NCBI GenBank assembly: GCA_038063915.1
Contig: JBBTUE010000004.1
Span: 38,719 to 102,718, forward strand
Direction: 5' to 3'
DNA from: Patescibacteria group bacterium
GTDB taxonomy: Bacteria > Patescibacteriota > Minisyncoccia > Phycocordibacterales > UBA9973
DNA: 64,000 bases
The position numbers were made by a program, and so were the translations under genes. Shown here one piece after another: positions 37,431 through 48,180 of this stretch (positions are counted from its first letter, which is position 1; each line of letters begins with the position of its first letter). The notes beneath the pieces are model-generated. The model did not search any database. It had not been told where the DNA came from and saw nothing but the letters and a program-made list of their open reading frames with translations.

Positions 37431-38249
37431 ATGTTTGTCCTAATTTTTATATTGATTTTCTTACTCGGTACTATAATTGGTAGCTTCCTCAATGTTGTCA
37501 TCTATCGCTTCAATACTGGTAAATCTATAGCAAAAGGTAGATCTATATGCCTGTCTTGTAGTCACACACTTTCTTGGTATGAGCTCATACCAATCTTTTC
37601 TTTTCTTATCCAATCTGGACGTTGTCGCAGTTGTGCAAGCTCCATATCTCACCAATATCCAGTAGTTGAATTTATTACAGGTTTGGTATTTACACTTATA
37701 GCGTATCACTTCCTACCTATACTAGGGTTCTCACAGATTTCATACGTCATACTCACTAGTTTACTTGTATTCATGTTCTCTATATTGATAGTCATATCTG
37801 TCTACGATATTCGGCATAAGATTATCCCAGATAAGTTGGTATATATCTTTTCATTTATTTCATTTGTTTCAATCTTTATAAATCAAACTGGAATCGGTTC
37901 TTTTTTTGTAAAAGCATCATATCTGGATATAGTTTCTGGGCCTCTGCTAGCACTACCCTTTGCTCTTCTTTGGTTACTATCTCGAGGTAAATGGATGGGA
38001 TTAGGGGATGCAAAGCTTGTGCTTGGTATAGGATGGATGCTCGGACTTACAAAAGGACTTGCCGCCATTATACTATCATTTTGGATAGGGGCTGTGGTAG
38101 GTATATTAATTATGTTGCTTTCACACAAAAAAGTAGGAGCTAAAACTGAGATACCCTTTGCTCCGTTTTTAATAATAAGTACTCTAGTAGTAATCCTGTA
38201 TAATATAGATATCTTTCGTTTGGCCAGTTTATTTAATTTCAACATTTAA
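37431..38249 (+). CDS. pilD: prepilin peptidase PilD (A24 family)
   Basis: N-terminal zinc-binding CLSCSH...CRSC motif, multi-TM, conserved Asp residues. Confidence 0.9.
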   Translation: MFVLIFILIFLLGTIIGSFLNVVIYRFNTGKSIAKGRSICLSCSHTLSWYELIPIFSFLIQSGRCRSCASSISHQYPVVEFITGLVFTLIAYHFLPILGFSQISYVILTSLLVFMFSILIVISVYDIRHKIIPDKLVYIFSFISFVSIFINQTGIGSFFVKASYLDIVSGPLLALPFALLWLLSRGKWMGLGDAKLVLGIGWMLGLTKGLAAIILSFWIGAVVGILIMLLSHKKVGAKTEIPFAPFLIISTLVVILYNIDIFRLASLFNFNI

Positions 38250-38936
38250 ATGAAAAAAATATTTTATAGAAAAATCAAACGAGATAAAGACCTACCTAGT
38301 CGGCAGGTTCTATCTGCAAGCAAGCAGGCAGGCATGACTCTGGTGGAGCTCATGGTGGTTCTTGGAATTTTTATGATTGTTGCAGGGCTTACAATATTTG
38401 ATTATGGAAAATTTCGCTCAACTGTATCTCTTCAGAATTTAGCAGATGATATAGCCCTTTCTGTACGCCGTGCTCAGAATTATGCCATAGGTGTCCGTAG
38501 TTCGCAGTCATCAGTGTTTACTAATGGTTATGGTATACACTTTACTACAGCGACTTCATCATCCGACGTTCTCTCTGGTACAAGTAAATCGTTCATTGTA
38601 TTTTCTGATATATCTCTAAACAGAGCTTACAATTATCCAGCAGGCAATGCGTCATGTGGTAGCCCGACTGCCGGTAACGAATGTGTAGATGTACTTACAA
38701 TTACGAGTGCGGATTATATTTCATCTATATGCCCGAATAGTGTGCCTGCTAACTGCGCCTCTGGTTCGAGCTATACTGATATTTCTTTCTTGCGTCCCGA
38801 TCCAGATGCTTATATCTATGCTTGCACACCTACATGTAATACTTATTCAAGTATAGATATTATAATAAAAAATAGTCAAAGTGGTAGTACTAAAACTATA
38901 ACAATTTCAAACACTGGCCAGATTAGTATTAAATAA
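38250..38936 (+). CDS. pseudopilin / minor pilin
   Basis: AGMTLVELMVVLGIFMIVAGLTIF prepilin-type N-terminus; the true start may be an internal Met. Confidence 0.65.
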   Translation: MKKIFYRKIKRDKDLPSRQVLSASKQAGMTLVELMVVLGIFMIVAGLTIFDYGKFRSTVSLQNLADDIALSVRRAQNYAIGVRSSQSSVFTNGYGIHFTTATSSSDVLSGTSKSFIVFSDISLNRAYNYPAGNASCGSPTAGNECVDVLTITSADYISSICPNSVPANCASGSSYTDISFLRPDPDAYIYACTPTCNTYSSIDIIIKNSQSGSTKTITISNTGQISIK

Positions 38937-38937
38937 T

Positions 38938-39513
38938 ATGAGAACTAATTTATCAAAACAAAATGGGTTCACATTGGTTGAGATTATGGTTGCCACCTCT
39001 ATCTTCATGGTCATTATGATTGTTGCTCTTGGAGCGCTTATTACCTCATCAGACACTGCCAAGAAGGCTCAGGCCCTTCGTACTGCCATGGACAATGTAA
39101 GTTTTGCTATGGAGAGTATGACTCGTTCTTTACGTATGGGGACAAATTATACTTGTGGGAATACTGTTTCATTAGATGGATCCTCACCGACCGATTGCCC
39201 AAGTGGGGCTGGGGCGGTAGCATTTGTTCCTTATAGTGGATTAGGAGTACTTCCTCGAACAGTTGCCTATAAATTAAACCAGAGAGCAGATAATACATTT
39301 GCATTGCAACGTTGTAACCCAACTTGTCTTGATATGGTATCGTCTGATGTTAACGTAGATTATTTAAAGTTTTTCTTGAATGGTTCTTCGAGTACTCTAG
39401 ATACAATACAGCCGAGTATTAGTATCTTGATAAGAGGTACAGTTACTATAAAAGGTCAAGGTACGGTATTTGCTATTCAGACCAGTGTATCACAGCGTTC
39501 AGCTGAGTATTAA
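38938..39513 (+). CDS. pseudopilin / minor pilin
   Basis: NGFTLVEIMVATSIFMVIMIVALGALI. Confidence 0.65.
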   Translation: MRTNLSKQNGFTLVEIMVATSIFMVIMIVALGALITSSDTAKKAQALRTAMDNVSFAMESMTRSLRMGTNYTCGNTVSLDGSSPTDCPSGAGAVAFVPYSGLGVLPRTVAYKLNQRADNTFALQRCNPTCLDMVSSDVNVDYLKFFLNGSSSTLDTIQPSISILIRGTVTIKGQGTVFAIQTSVSQRSAEY

Positions 39514-39514
39514 T

Positions 39515-40153
39515 ATGAGACTATACAACTTACAAAAAAATAAGGAATCTGTCCGAATTGCCAAGCAAGGCGGATTTACCCTCATAGAGACTATGATTGC
39601 CGTTTTTATATTAGCAGCAGCCATTACTACATTGATTGGTCTCATATCTACTAGTCTATTTTCTTCGCGATATGCAAAGAATGATATCATTGCAAACTAC
39701 CTCATTCAAGAAGCTATTGACTATGCAAGAAATGACCGCGATACTACTGCATATCAGCATAACCTAAGTGGGACCTGGGCTAGCTTTCTAGGACACTATG
39801 GGTACCCAAGCTCAATGTGTTTTGCTGGTAACGGTTGTAAATTCGAACCATCAGCACAAGGTAGTTCGACGATTGACGCAATTAGTGTTTGTTCGGGGAC
39901 TCTAACGTGGGGAAGCGTCGGTTGTGAAATTTTGAATTACGATCAAAATGCTGCGAATAAGGATTTCTATACTTATGCTACTCCGTCTGGCTATACTGTC
40001 AGTAACTTTAAAAGAAAAGTTGTTATGACTGTTACACCTATAAATGGTCAGGCAACAGACCAGTTAAATATATCAGTTACAGTAGAATGGTTAAATGGTA
40101 ATTTACCAAAGTCGAGGGTATTTCGTACTAGTCTTCTAAATTGGAAACAATAA
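39515..40153 (+). CDS. pseudopilin / minor pilin (PilV-like); start moved to the internal ATG at 39515
   Basis: GGFTLIETMIAVFILAAAITTLIGLIS. The ORF-track start at 39470 would overlap the previous gene by 44 bp. Confidence 0.6.
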   Translation: MRLYNLQKNKESVRIAKQGGFTLIETMIAVFILAAAITTLIGLISTSLFSSRYAKNDIIANYLIQEAIDYARNDRDTTAYQHNLSGTWASFLGHYGYPSSMCFAGNGCKFEPSAQGSSTIDAISVCSGTLTWGSVGCEILNYDQNAANKDFYTYATPSGYTVSNFKRKVVMTVTPINGQATDQLNISVTVEWLNGNLPKSRVFRTSLLNWKQ

Positions 40154-40154
40154 T

Positions 40155-40625
40155 ATGGCGAAAAAAAATAAACAGATAAATAATAGAGGATATGCAATTT
40201 TATTTGCGGTTGTTATTGTTAGTGTTATATCGCTTATATCTGTCGGTCTATCAAATACAACTTACAAGCAGTTAGTGCTATCTTCGCTTGCCAACGACTC
40301 CCAATCATCTTATTTTCAATCAGATATGGCTACAGAGTGTGCGCTTTACGCCGAGAATATTGTAGGAATGGTAGCGCTACCCTCACCGTGGAACTGTGGG
40401 ATTAATTCTAGTGGGAGTAGCTATTCCCTGACTAAAACATTTGATAGTATTAAATATACCCTAGCTAGTTCAAGTGGCCCTACGATTCCGTGTTTTGAAT
40501 TTGATGTTCAAGATGTAACTGGTCCCCCAGTCAGTGCAATAATAAAAGCGAGAGGATATAATATTTGTAATAAAACAAGCTCTAAAGCAGTCGAACGCGA
40601 AATCCGTATAGATGTTAGATATTAG
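40155..40625 (+). CDS. minor pilin-like protein (PilX-like)
   Basis: RGYAILFAVVIVSVISLISVGLS N-terminal hydrophobic helix; last gene of the pilin block. Confidence 0.45.
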   Translation: MAKKNKQINNRGYAILFAVVIVSVISLISVGLSNTTYKQLVLSSLANDSQSSYFQSDMATECALYAENIVGMVALPSPWNCGINSSGSSYSLTKTFDSIKYTLASSSGPTIPCFEFDVQDVTGPPVSAIIKARGYNICNKTSSKAVEREIRIDVRY

Positions 40626-42653
<2,028 letters not shown>

Positions 42654-42671
42654 ATATGTTATTCTCATTGT

Positions 42672-42950
42672 ATGAAACTAGATGATATTAAAAAGTTGGC
42701 CGAGATGGCGCGGATTGATATGAGTGATGAGGAACTAGTTGAAATCGCAAAGGATTTTGACTCTATTTTGGCGTACGTGGGACAAATCCAGGAAATTTCG
42801 GAATTATCTGATACCAAGAAAGATTATGCACTCGAGAATGTTATGCGGGAAGATGTGATTACTAATAAGTCTGGGGAATATACCGATAGTATTCTTGCTC
42901 AAATGCCAGATACTCAAGATGGATTCCTGAAAGTTAAACAAATACTATGA
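42672..42950 (+). CDS. gatC: Asp/Glu-tRNA amidotransferase subunit C
   Basis: ~92 aa; IDMSDEELVEIAKDFDSILAYV matches GatC. Confidence 0.8.
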   Translation: MKLDDIKKLAEMARIDMSDEELVEIAKDFDSILAYVGQIQEISELSDTKKDYALENVMREDVITNKSGEYTDSILAQMPDTQDGFLKVKQIL

Positions 42951-44362
42951 TTGACTTGAAAACTCTTACAATAGAAAAGGCTCACGACGCACTCAAGAAG
43001 GGAGACTTTTCTGTGGCTGATTTAGTAAATGCTTACATAGATGTGATTAAAGAAAAAAATCCTGATATAAATGCATACCTTGAAATTTATAACGATGTTA
43101 TAGCTCAAGCCGAGAGAGCGCAAGAAATGTTTAAGACTGGAACAGCTACACTCATGACTGGCATACCGATTTCTCTTAAAGACAATATGCTCGTGGAAGG
43201 GCATATAGCCTCAGCCGGGTCTAAAATTTTAGAAAATTATAAAGCAACTTACGACGCAGGTGTGGTAGAGCAATTAAAATCAAAAGGTGCAGTTATTATC
43301 GGACGAGCAAATATGGACGAATTTGCCATGGGTTCGTCGACAGAGACAAGTGCCTATGGTAATACCAAGAATCCAGTGGATACTACTCGAGTACCCGGAG
43401 GCACTTCAGGTGGATCAGTAGCATCTGTTGCTATGAATGGGGCTCTAGTATCGCTGGGCAGTGATACAGGGGGATCTGTGAGGCAACCAGCATCATTTTG
43501 TGGGGTGGTCGGCATGAAGCCAACTTATGGCGGTATATCTCGTTTTGGTATCATATCTATGGCTAGTTCTCTTGACCAGGTTGGCCCTATAGGGAAAACT
43601 GTTCGAGACGTTGAGATTCTCTACGAAGCGATAAGTGGGTACGATAAAAATGATAGTACTTCAATCCCGACTGAAAAAAGAAAAAATCCGTCGTCACTCA
43701 AAAACAAAATTGGTATTCCGCGCTCATTTCTCTCTGGTGACGGTATAGACAAAGAAGTGCTCATAAATTTTGAAAAAAGTTGCGAGAGATTAAAGACTGC
43801 AGGATACGAGTTAGTAGATGTGTCACTTCCTCTTATTAAATACTCACTCGCTGTTTACTACATTATCATGCCGGCAGAAGTATCAAGTAATCTTGCTCGC
43901 TACGATGGAATGCGCTATGGACTATCTGTGTCTGCTGATAAACTCTATGATGTGTATACAAAGACAAGAGGTTCTGGATTTGGTAGAGAAGTTCGGAGAA
44001 GAATACTACTCGGTACTTATATTCTTTCCCATGGTTATTACGATGCTTACTACAACAAAGCAGTGAAGGTTCGCGATGCAATTTGCGCTGAGCTTGCAAA
44101 TATTTTCCAAGAAGTTGATGCTATCATTACTCCGACTGTACCATTCCCACCATTTAAATTTGGCGAAAAATCGAAAGACCCCATATCTATGTATATGTCT
44201 GACTTATTTACAGTACCAGCCAATATTGCAGGTTTACCGGCAATATCTATCCCATCAGGTAATACAGAAAGTGGATTACCTCTCGGGCTACATATAATGG
44301 CACCAAAACTTCGCGAAGATATACTCTGGAGCATTGGTACGTCCTTTGAGAATAAAGCGTAA
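42947..44362 (+). CDS. gatA: Asp/Glu-tRNA amidotransferase subunit A
   Basis: Amidase signature GGSSGGSVASVA...GSDTGGSVRQPA; overlaps the gatC stop by 4 bp. Confidence 0.9.
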   Translation: MIDLKTLTIEKAHDALKKGDFSVADLVNAYIDVIKEKNPDINAYLEIYNDVIAQAERAQEMFKTGTATLMTGIPISLKDNMLVEGHIASAGSKILENYKATYDAGVVEQLKSKGAVIIGRANMDEFAMGSSTETSAYGNTKNPVDTTRVPGGTSGGSVASVAMNGALVSLGSDTGGSVRQPASFCGVVGMKPTYGGISRFGIISMASSLDQVGPIGKTVRDVEILYEAISGYDKNDSTSIPTEKRKNPSSLKNKIGIPRSFLSGDGIDKEVLINFEKSCERLKTAGYELVDVSLPLIKYSLAVYYIIMPAEVSSNLARYDGMRYGLSVSADKLYDVYTKTRGSGFGREVRRRILLGTYILSHGYYDAYYNKAVKVRDAICAELANIFQEVDAIITPTVPFPPFKFGEKSKDPISMYMSDLFTVPANIAGLPAISIPSGNTESGLPLGLHIMAPKLREDILWSIGTSFENKA

Positions 44363-44380
44363 AGCTAGTATAATAAGTCA

Positions 44381-45055
44381 ATGGCTGATGTAAAATCTAA
44401 ATCGAGTGACGGTGGGATTATGGGAGGGGACGTCGGTCTCTGGATCGTTGTTGGGATTGTCGTGGTCGCTATTACAATTTTTGGTATAACAGAGCCACTT
44501 TTTTCTCCAGATTCTGCTTTTAATAATATCGCAGATTTTCTTAAACCAATCCTAGTCTTTCTCACCAGCTCCCGTACTTGGATTGTTATTGGTATTATAT
44601 CCTCGTCATTTTCTATACTTTGTATTGCCGTGATTATATTTTCTCTAGTTAGAATGAGAGAAATTCAAATCCACGAAAAAAAGGAACTTGACCATGAGAT
44701 ACAAGAAGCACTTCTTCGAGACAAAGAAACATCACGCAATGAAAATCCTAGATGGCATTATATCCTTACTCTTATGGAGAGCTCAAATGAATCTGATTGG
44801 CGTGTCGCTATAATTGAAGCAGATACGATGCTCGATGAGGCACTCGCAAGAGAAGGTATAGTAGGGGAGACTCTCAGTGAGAAACTCGAACAGGCTCGCA
44901 CTAATGGTTATGCTTATATTCAAAATGCTTGGGATGCGCATCTAGTCAGGAATCAGATTGCACATGCTGGCTCGGAATTCTCATTATCACAAGTTGAAGG
45001 TCGTAGGGTGGTACGACTTTTCCAAACCTTTTTTGAAGAAATAGGGGTTATATAG
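44381..45055 (+). CDS. membrane-anchored protein, hypothetical
   Basis: Two TM helices then a cytoplasmic helical domain. Confidence 0.4.
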   Translation: MADVKSKSSDGGIMGGDVGLWIVVGIVVVAITIFGITEPLFSPDSAFNNIADFLKPILVFLTSSRTWIVIGIISSSFSILCIAVIIFSLVRMREIQIHEKKELDHEIQEALLRDKETSRNENPRWHYILTLMESSNESDWRVAIIEADTMLDEALAREGIVGETLSEKLEQARTNGYAYIQNAWDAHLVRNQIAHAGSEFSLSQVEGRRVVRLFQTFFEEIGVI

Positions 45056-45083
45056 AAAAAGAGTCCATATGGACTCTTTTTCT
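45056..45083. terminator. bidirectional terminator hairpin
   Basis: aaaaagagtcc-atat-ggactcttttt. Confidence 0.7.
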
Positions 45084-45087
45084 ATTG

Positions 45088-45161
45088 CGCAGTCGACGGG
45101 ACTCGAACCCGCAACCTCCCACGTGACAGGCGGGTGCTCTAACCAGTTGAGCTACGACTGC
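45088..45161 (-). tRNA. tRNA-Asp (GUC)
   Basis: gcagtcg...cccgc-ctGTCac-gtggg...gcggg-ttcgagt-cccgt-cgactgc-g. Confidence 0.85.
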
Positions 45162-45188
45162 AAATATTTTTTCAGGTTTCCCTGAATG

Positions 45189-45261
45189 TGTCGACGACAG
45201 GGATCGAACCTGTGACCTGAGGCTTATGAGTCCTCCGCTCTACCAACTGAGCTACGCCGAC
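45189..45261 (-). tRNA. tRNA-Met (CAU), elongator-type (G1-C72 paired)
   Basis: gtcggcg-ta-gctc-agttggta-gagc-g-gagga-ctCATaa-gcctc-aggtc-acagg-ttcgatc-cctgt-cgtcgac-a. Confidence 0.75.
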
Positions 45262-45302
45262 ATTATCGGCAAGACATTGATGGCATGTCACCTGCCGACT
45301 TG

Positions 45303-45373
45303 TTGCGGGGGATCGAATCGAACGACCGTCTTAAGGTTATGAGCCTTACGAGATACCATTTCTCTACCCCGCT
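45303..45373 (-). tRNA. initiator tRNA-fMet (CAU)
   Basis: agcgggg...taagg-ctCATaa-cctta...ggtcg-ttcgatt-cgatc-ccccgca-a. The 1:72 pair is unpaired (A1xA72) and the 3' end CCCCGCAAC matches the E. coli initiator. Confidence 0.75.
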
Positions 45374-45488
45374 ATATAAAAATGCTCTAGAAGAGCCGTA
45401 TTGCATATTGTACTTAAAATTAAGAATTTTGCAATCATTACTTTTCGTTTGAAAAAGAGTTGTAATTATAGTAACATCAACCCATGTC

Positions 45489-45561
45489 GCCGTTATAGCT
45501 CAGGCAGTAGAGCACGTTCTTGGTAAGAACGAGGTCATCAGTGCAAGTCTGATTAACGGCT
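45489..45561 (+). tRNA. tRNA-Thr (GGU)
   Basis: gccgtta...cgttc-ttGGTaa-gaacg...taacggc-t; the T-loop tgcaagt is non-canonical. Confidence 0.7.
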
Positions 45562-45568
45562 CAAGTTT

Positions 45569-45639
45569 GCCGATATAGTTCAGTGGTAGAACACTACTTT
45601 CGTAAAGTAGGAACGTGGGTCCGATTCCCACTTTCGGCT
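45569..45639 (+). tRNA. tRNA-Thr (CGU)
   Basis: gccgata...ctact-ttCGTaa-agtag...gtggg-tccgatt-cccac-tttcggc-t; one U-U mismatch in the acceptor stem. Confidence 0.65.
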
Positions 45640-45664
45640 CTGAAAATTTTGGTATAATAAACAA

Positions 45665-46552
45665 ATGTCTAAAGATACTGAAACGATAAAAAAAGAAATT
45701 GAAGCGTTAGAAGGCGACATGGCAAGTGCCGATTTCTGGGACGATAAAGATAAGGCAAAAAGTACTATCAAGAAAATCGGAGAATTAAAAGATGAGCTTT
45801 TAGGTAGTGAGAAGTATGATAAGGGCAACGCGATACTCTCTGTTCTCTCTGGGGCAGGAGGGGATGACGCAGAAGATTTCTCCGCTATTCTTCTTCGTAT
45901 GTATATGAAGTATGTAGAGAAGCGTGGCTGGCAAATAAGCCTAATACACGAGAACAAGAATGATGTCGGTGGCTATAGAAATGTATCCATAGAAGTTATA
46001 GGGAAAGGTGCTTATGGTGCTCTTAAAAATGAATCCGGAGTGCATCGTTTGGTACGTATATCACCTTTTAATGCTAAATCTTTGCGTCACACATCATTTT
46101 CTCTTGTCGAAGTAATTCCAAAAATAGAGAAGAATAATAATGCGATAGAAATACCACCCGATGAATTGAAAATTGAGTTTTCGAAATCTGGTGGTCCAGG
46201 TGGTCAGAATGTAAACAAGCGTGAGACTGCAGTGCGAATAGTTCACATACCTACAAACATTGCAGTTCATGTCACGACCGAGCGTTCTCAAGAGCAAAAT
46301 CGTGAAAGGGCACTGGAAATACTCAAAGGAAAACTATTTAAGAAGCGCGCCGAAGATGAAGCACGGATTGCGCAAGGGTTAGCTGTATCAAAAACTACAG
46401 ATATAGAATGGGGGAATCAAATTCGTAACTATGTCCTACACCCTTACAAATTGGTGAAAGATTTACGCACAGGTGTCGAGACTTCGAATGTTGACTCAGT
46501 ATTAGAGAGTGGTGAACTCGAGGCATTCATTGAAGCCGAGGCTCATATATGA
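45665..46552 (+). CDS. prfB: peptide chain release factor 2, short form without the N-terminal frameshift leader
   Basis: SPF tripeptide (RISPFNAKS) and GGQ motif (SGGPGGQNVNKRETAVRIVHIPT). It starts at a position equivalent to ~residue 70 of E. coli RF2, with a tRNA immediately upstream. Confidence 0.85.
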   Translation: MSKDTETIKKEIEALEGDMASADFWDDKDKAKSTIKKIGELKDELLGSEKYDKGNAILSVLSGAGGDDAEDFSAILLRMYMKYVEKRGWQISLIHENKNDVGGYRNVSIEVIGKGAYGALKNESGVHRLVRISPFNAKSLRHTSFSLVEVIPKIEKNNNAIEIPPDELKIEFSKSGGPGGQNVNKRETAVRIVHIPTNIAVHVTTERSQEQNRERALEILKGKLFKKRAEDEARIAQGLAVSKTTDIEWGNQIRNYVLHPYKLVKDLRTGVETSNVDSVLESGELEAFIEAEAHI

Positions 46553-46568
46553 TATCCTTAATTGGTAA

Positions 46569-47246
46569 ATGATTTACTTTAATAATGTTACAAAAAAATA
46601 CACAGATAACATGTCGCTTGATAATGTTACAATATCGATATCATCTGGCGAGTTTGTCTCTGTTGTTGGTCACTCTGGTGCTGGTAAGACTACACTAACC
46701 AAGCTTATTCTGGCCGAAGAATCACCGACTGAAGGAACGATTTTTTTTGAATCAACTGATATTCATAAACTATCTAATAAAGATTTAACTAACTTTCGAC
46801 GCAAGGTTGGGGTAGTTTTCCAGGATTTTCGACTGCTTCCTAATAAGACGGCCTACGAAAATATAGCCTTTGCAATGGAAGCAACTGGTAAAGATGACGA
46901 AGAAATAGCTCAAGATGTGCCTCATGTGCTTGAATTGGTGGATTTGGCAAATAGGGCGACTCATTTCCCTCACCAGCTCTCAGGGGGGGAAAAGCAACGC
47001 TTAGCAATAGCTCGGGCTATTATCACTCAACCAGAGCTCATTATTGCCGACGAACCAACAGGTAACCTAGATCCCGTAAATACTAATGAAGTCATAAACA
47101 TCCTAAAGAAAATCAATGATTTAGGTACCACTGTCATACTTACTACTCACAACAGAAATGTCATAGATCAGGTTAAAAAAAGAGTTATAACGCTCGAAAA
47201 TGGACGTGTCATAAGAGATGATAAAGACGGTAAGTATATGATATAA
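46569..47246 (+). CDS. ftsE: cell-division ABC ATPase FtsE
   Basis: Walker A GHSGAGKTT, signature LSGGEKQRLAIARA, Walker B IIADEPTGNLD; followed by ftsX. Confidence 0.85.
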   Translation: MIYFNNVTKKYTDNMSLDNVTISISSGEFVSVVGHSGAGKTTLTKLILAEESPTEGTIFFESTDIHKLSNKDLTNFRRKVGVVFQDFRLLPNKTAYENIAFAMEATGKDDEEIAQDVPHVLELVDLANRATHFPHQLSGGEKQRLAIARAIITQPELIIADEPTGNLDPVNTNEVINILKKINDLGTTVILTTHNRNVIDQVKKRVITLENGRVIRDDKDGKYMI

Positions 47247-47253
47247 TGCCCAT

Positions 47254-48177
47254 ATGTTTTTGACTCATGCTAAAAGGATTGTGCGTTCCGGATATCGCAA
47301 TTTTATGCGTAGCGGATTCACATCGCTTGCCTCAATACTGATGATGGTTATAACGCTTTTCGTTATAACTAGTCTTATTTATATACAAACTGCTCTGCAA
47401 ACGTCTCTAAATGATATAAAAGAAAAAGTAGATGTTACTATATATTTTGTTCCTGGAGCAGATGAGCCGTCAATTTTAAATTTAAAGACATCACTGTCTA
47501 AACTTCCCGAAGTTAAAGACGTCGTCTATATATCTGACGAGGAAGCATTGATAGGATTTAAAGAAAAACACGCCAATGATTATCTCACTCTCCAAGCCTT
47601 AGATGAGCTAAGTAGTAATCCTCTAGGGGCTACACTCAATGTCCGGGCCCACGACCCGTCGCAATATGAGAGTATTACGAAATATTTTGAGAATGATAAC
47701 GCACTATCAAAAGGTACACTAAATATTATAGATAAAATTGATTACCACCAGAACAAGGTCGTCATAGATAGATTGACGTCTATTATCGCTGGAGCACAAA
47801 GATTAGGTTTTGCGATATCTCTTATTCTTATTCTTATATCCATCATCATTACTTTTTCTACTATCAGGCTCATTATATACATGTCTCGTGAAGAGATAGG
47901 TGTCATGAAGCTAGTTGGTGCTGGGTCAAGGTATATACGTGGGCCATTTATAGTCTCTGGTATGTTTGTGGGGCTCACAGCGAGCTTGGTCACTATTTTA
48001 CTATTCATACCGATATCCATATGGCTGGGTAATCAAGCCACTGATTTTCTGGGCATAAATTTATTTACATACTTTAAATCAAACTTCTTGCAGCTATTTA
48101 TTATCATGCTAGGAACAGGGGTACTTCTCGGAAGTATTTCAAGTTTCTTTGCTATTGCTCGCTATCTAAGAAAATAA
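47254..48177 (+). CDS. ftsX: cell-division permease FtsX
   Basis: Four TM helices and a large periplasmic loop, FtsX topology; downstream of ftsE. Confidence 0.8.
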   Translation: MFLTHAKRIVRSGYRNFMRSGFTSLASILMMVITLFVITSLIYIQTALQTSLNDIKEKVDVTIYFVPGADEPSILNLKTSLSKLPEVKDVVYISDEEALIGFKEKHANDYLTLQALDELSSNPLGATLNVRAHDPSQYESITKYFENDNALSKGTLNIIDKIDYHQNKVVIDRLTSIIAGAQRLGFAISLILILISIIITFSTIRLIIYMSREEIGVMKLVGAGSRYIRGPFIVSGMFVGLTASLVTILLFIPISIWLGNQATDFLGINLFTYFKSNFLQLFIIMLGTGVLLGSISSFFAIARYLRK

Positions 48178-48180
48178 TAT

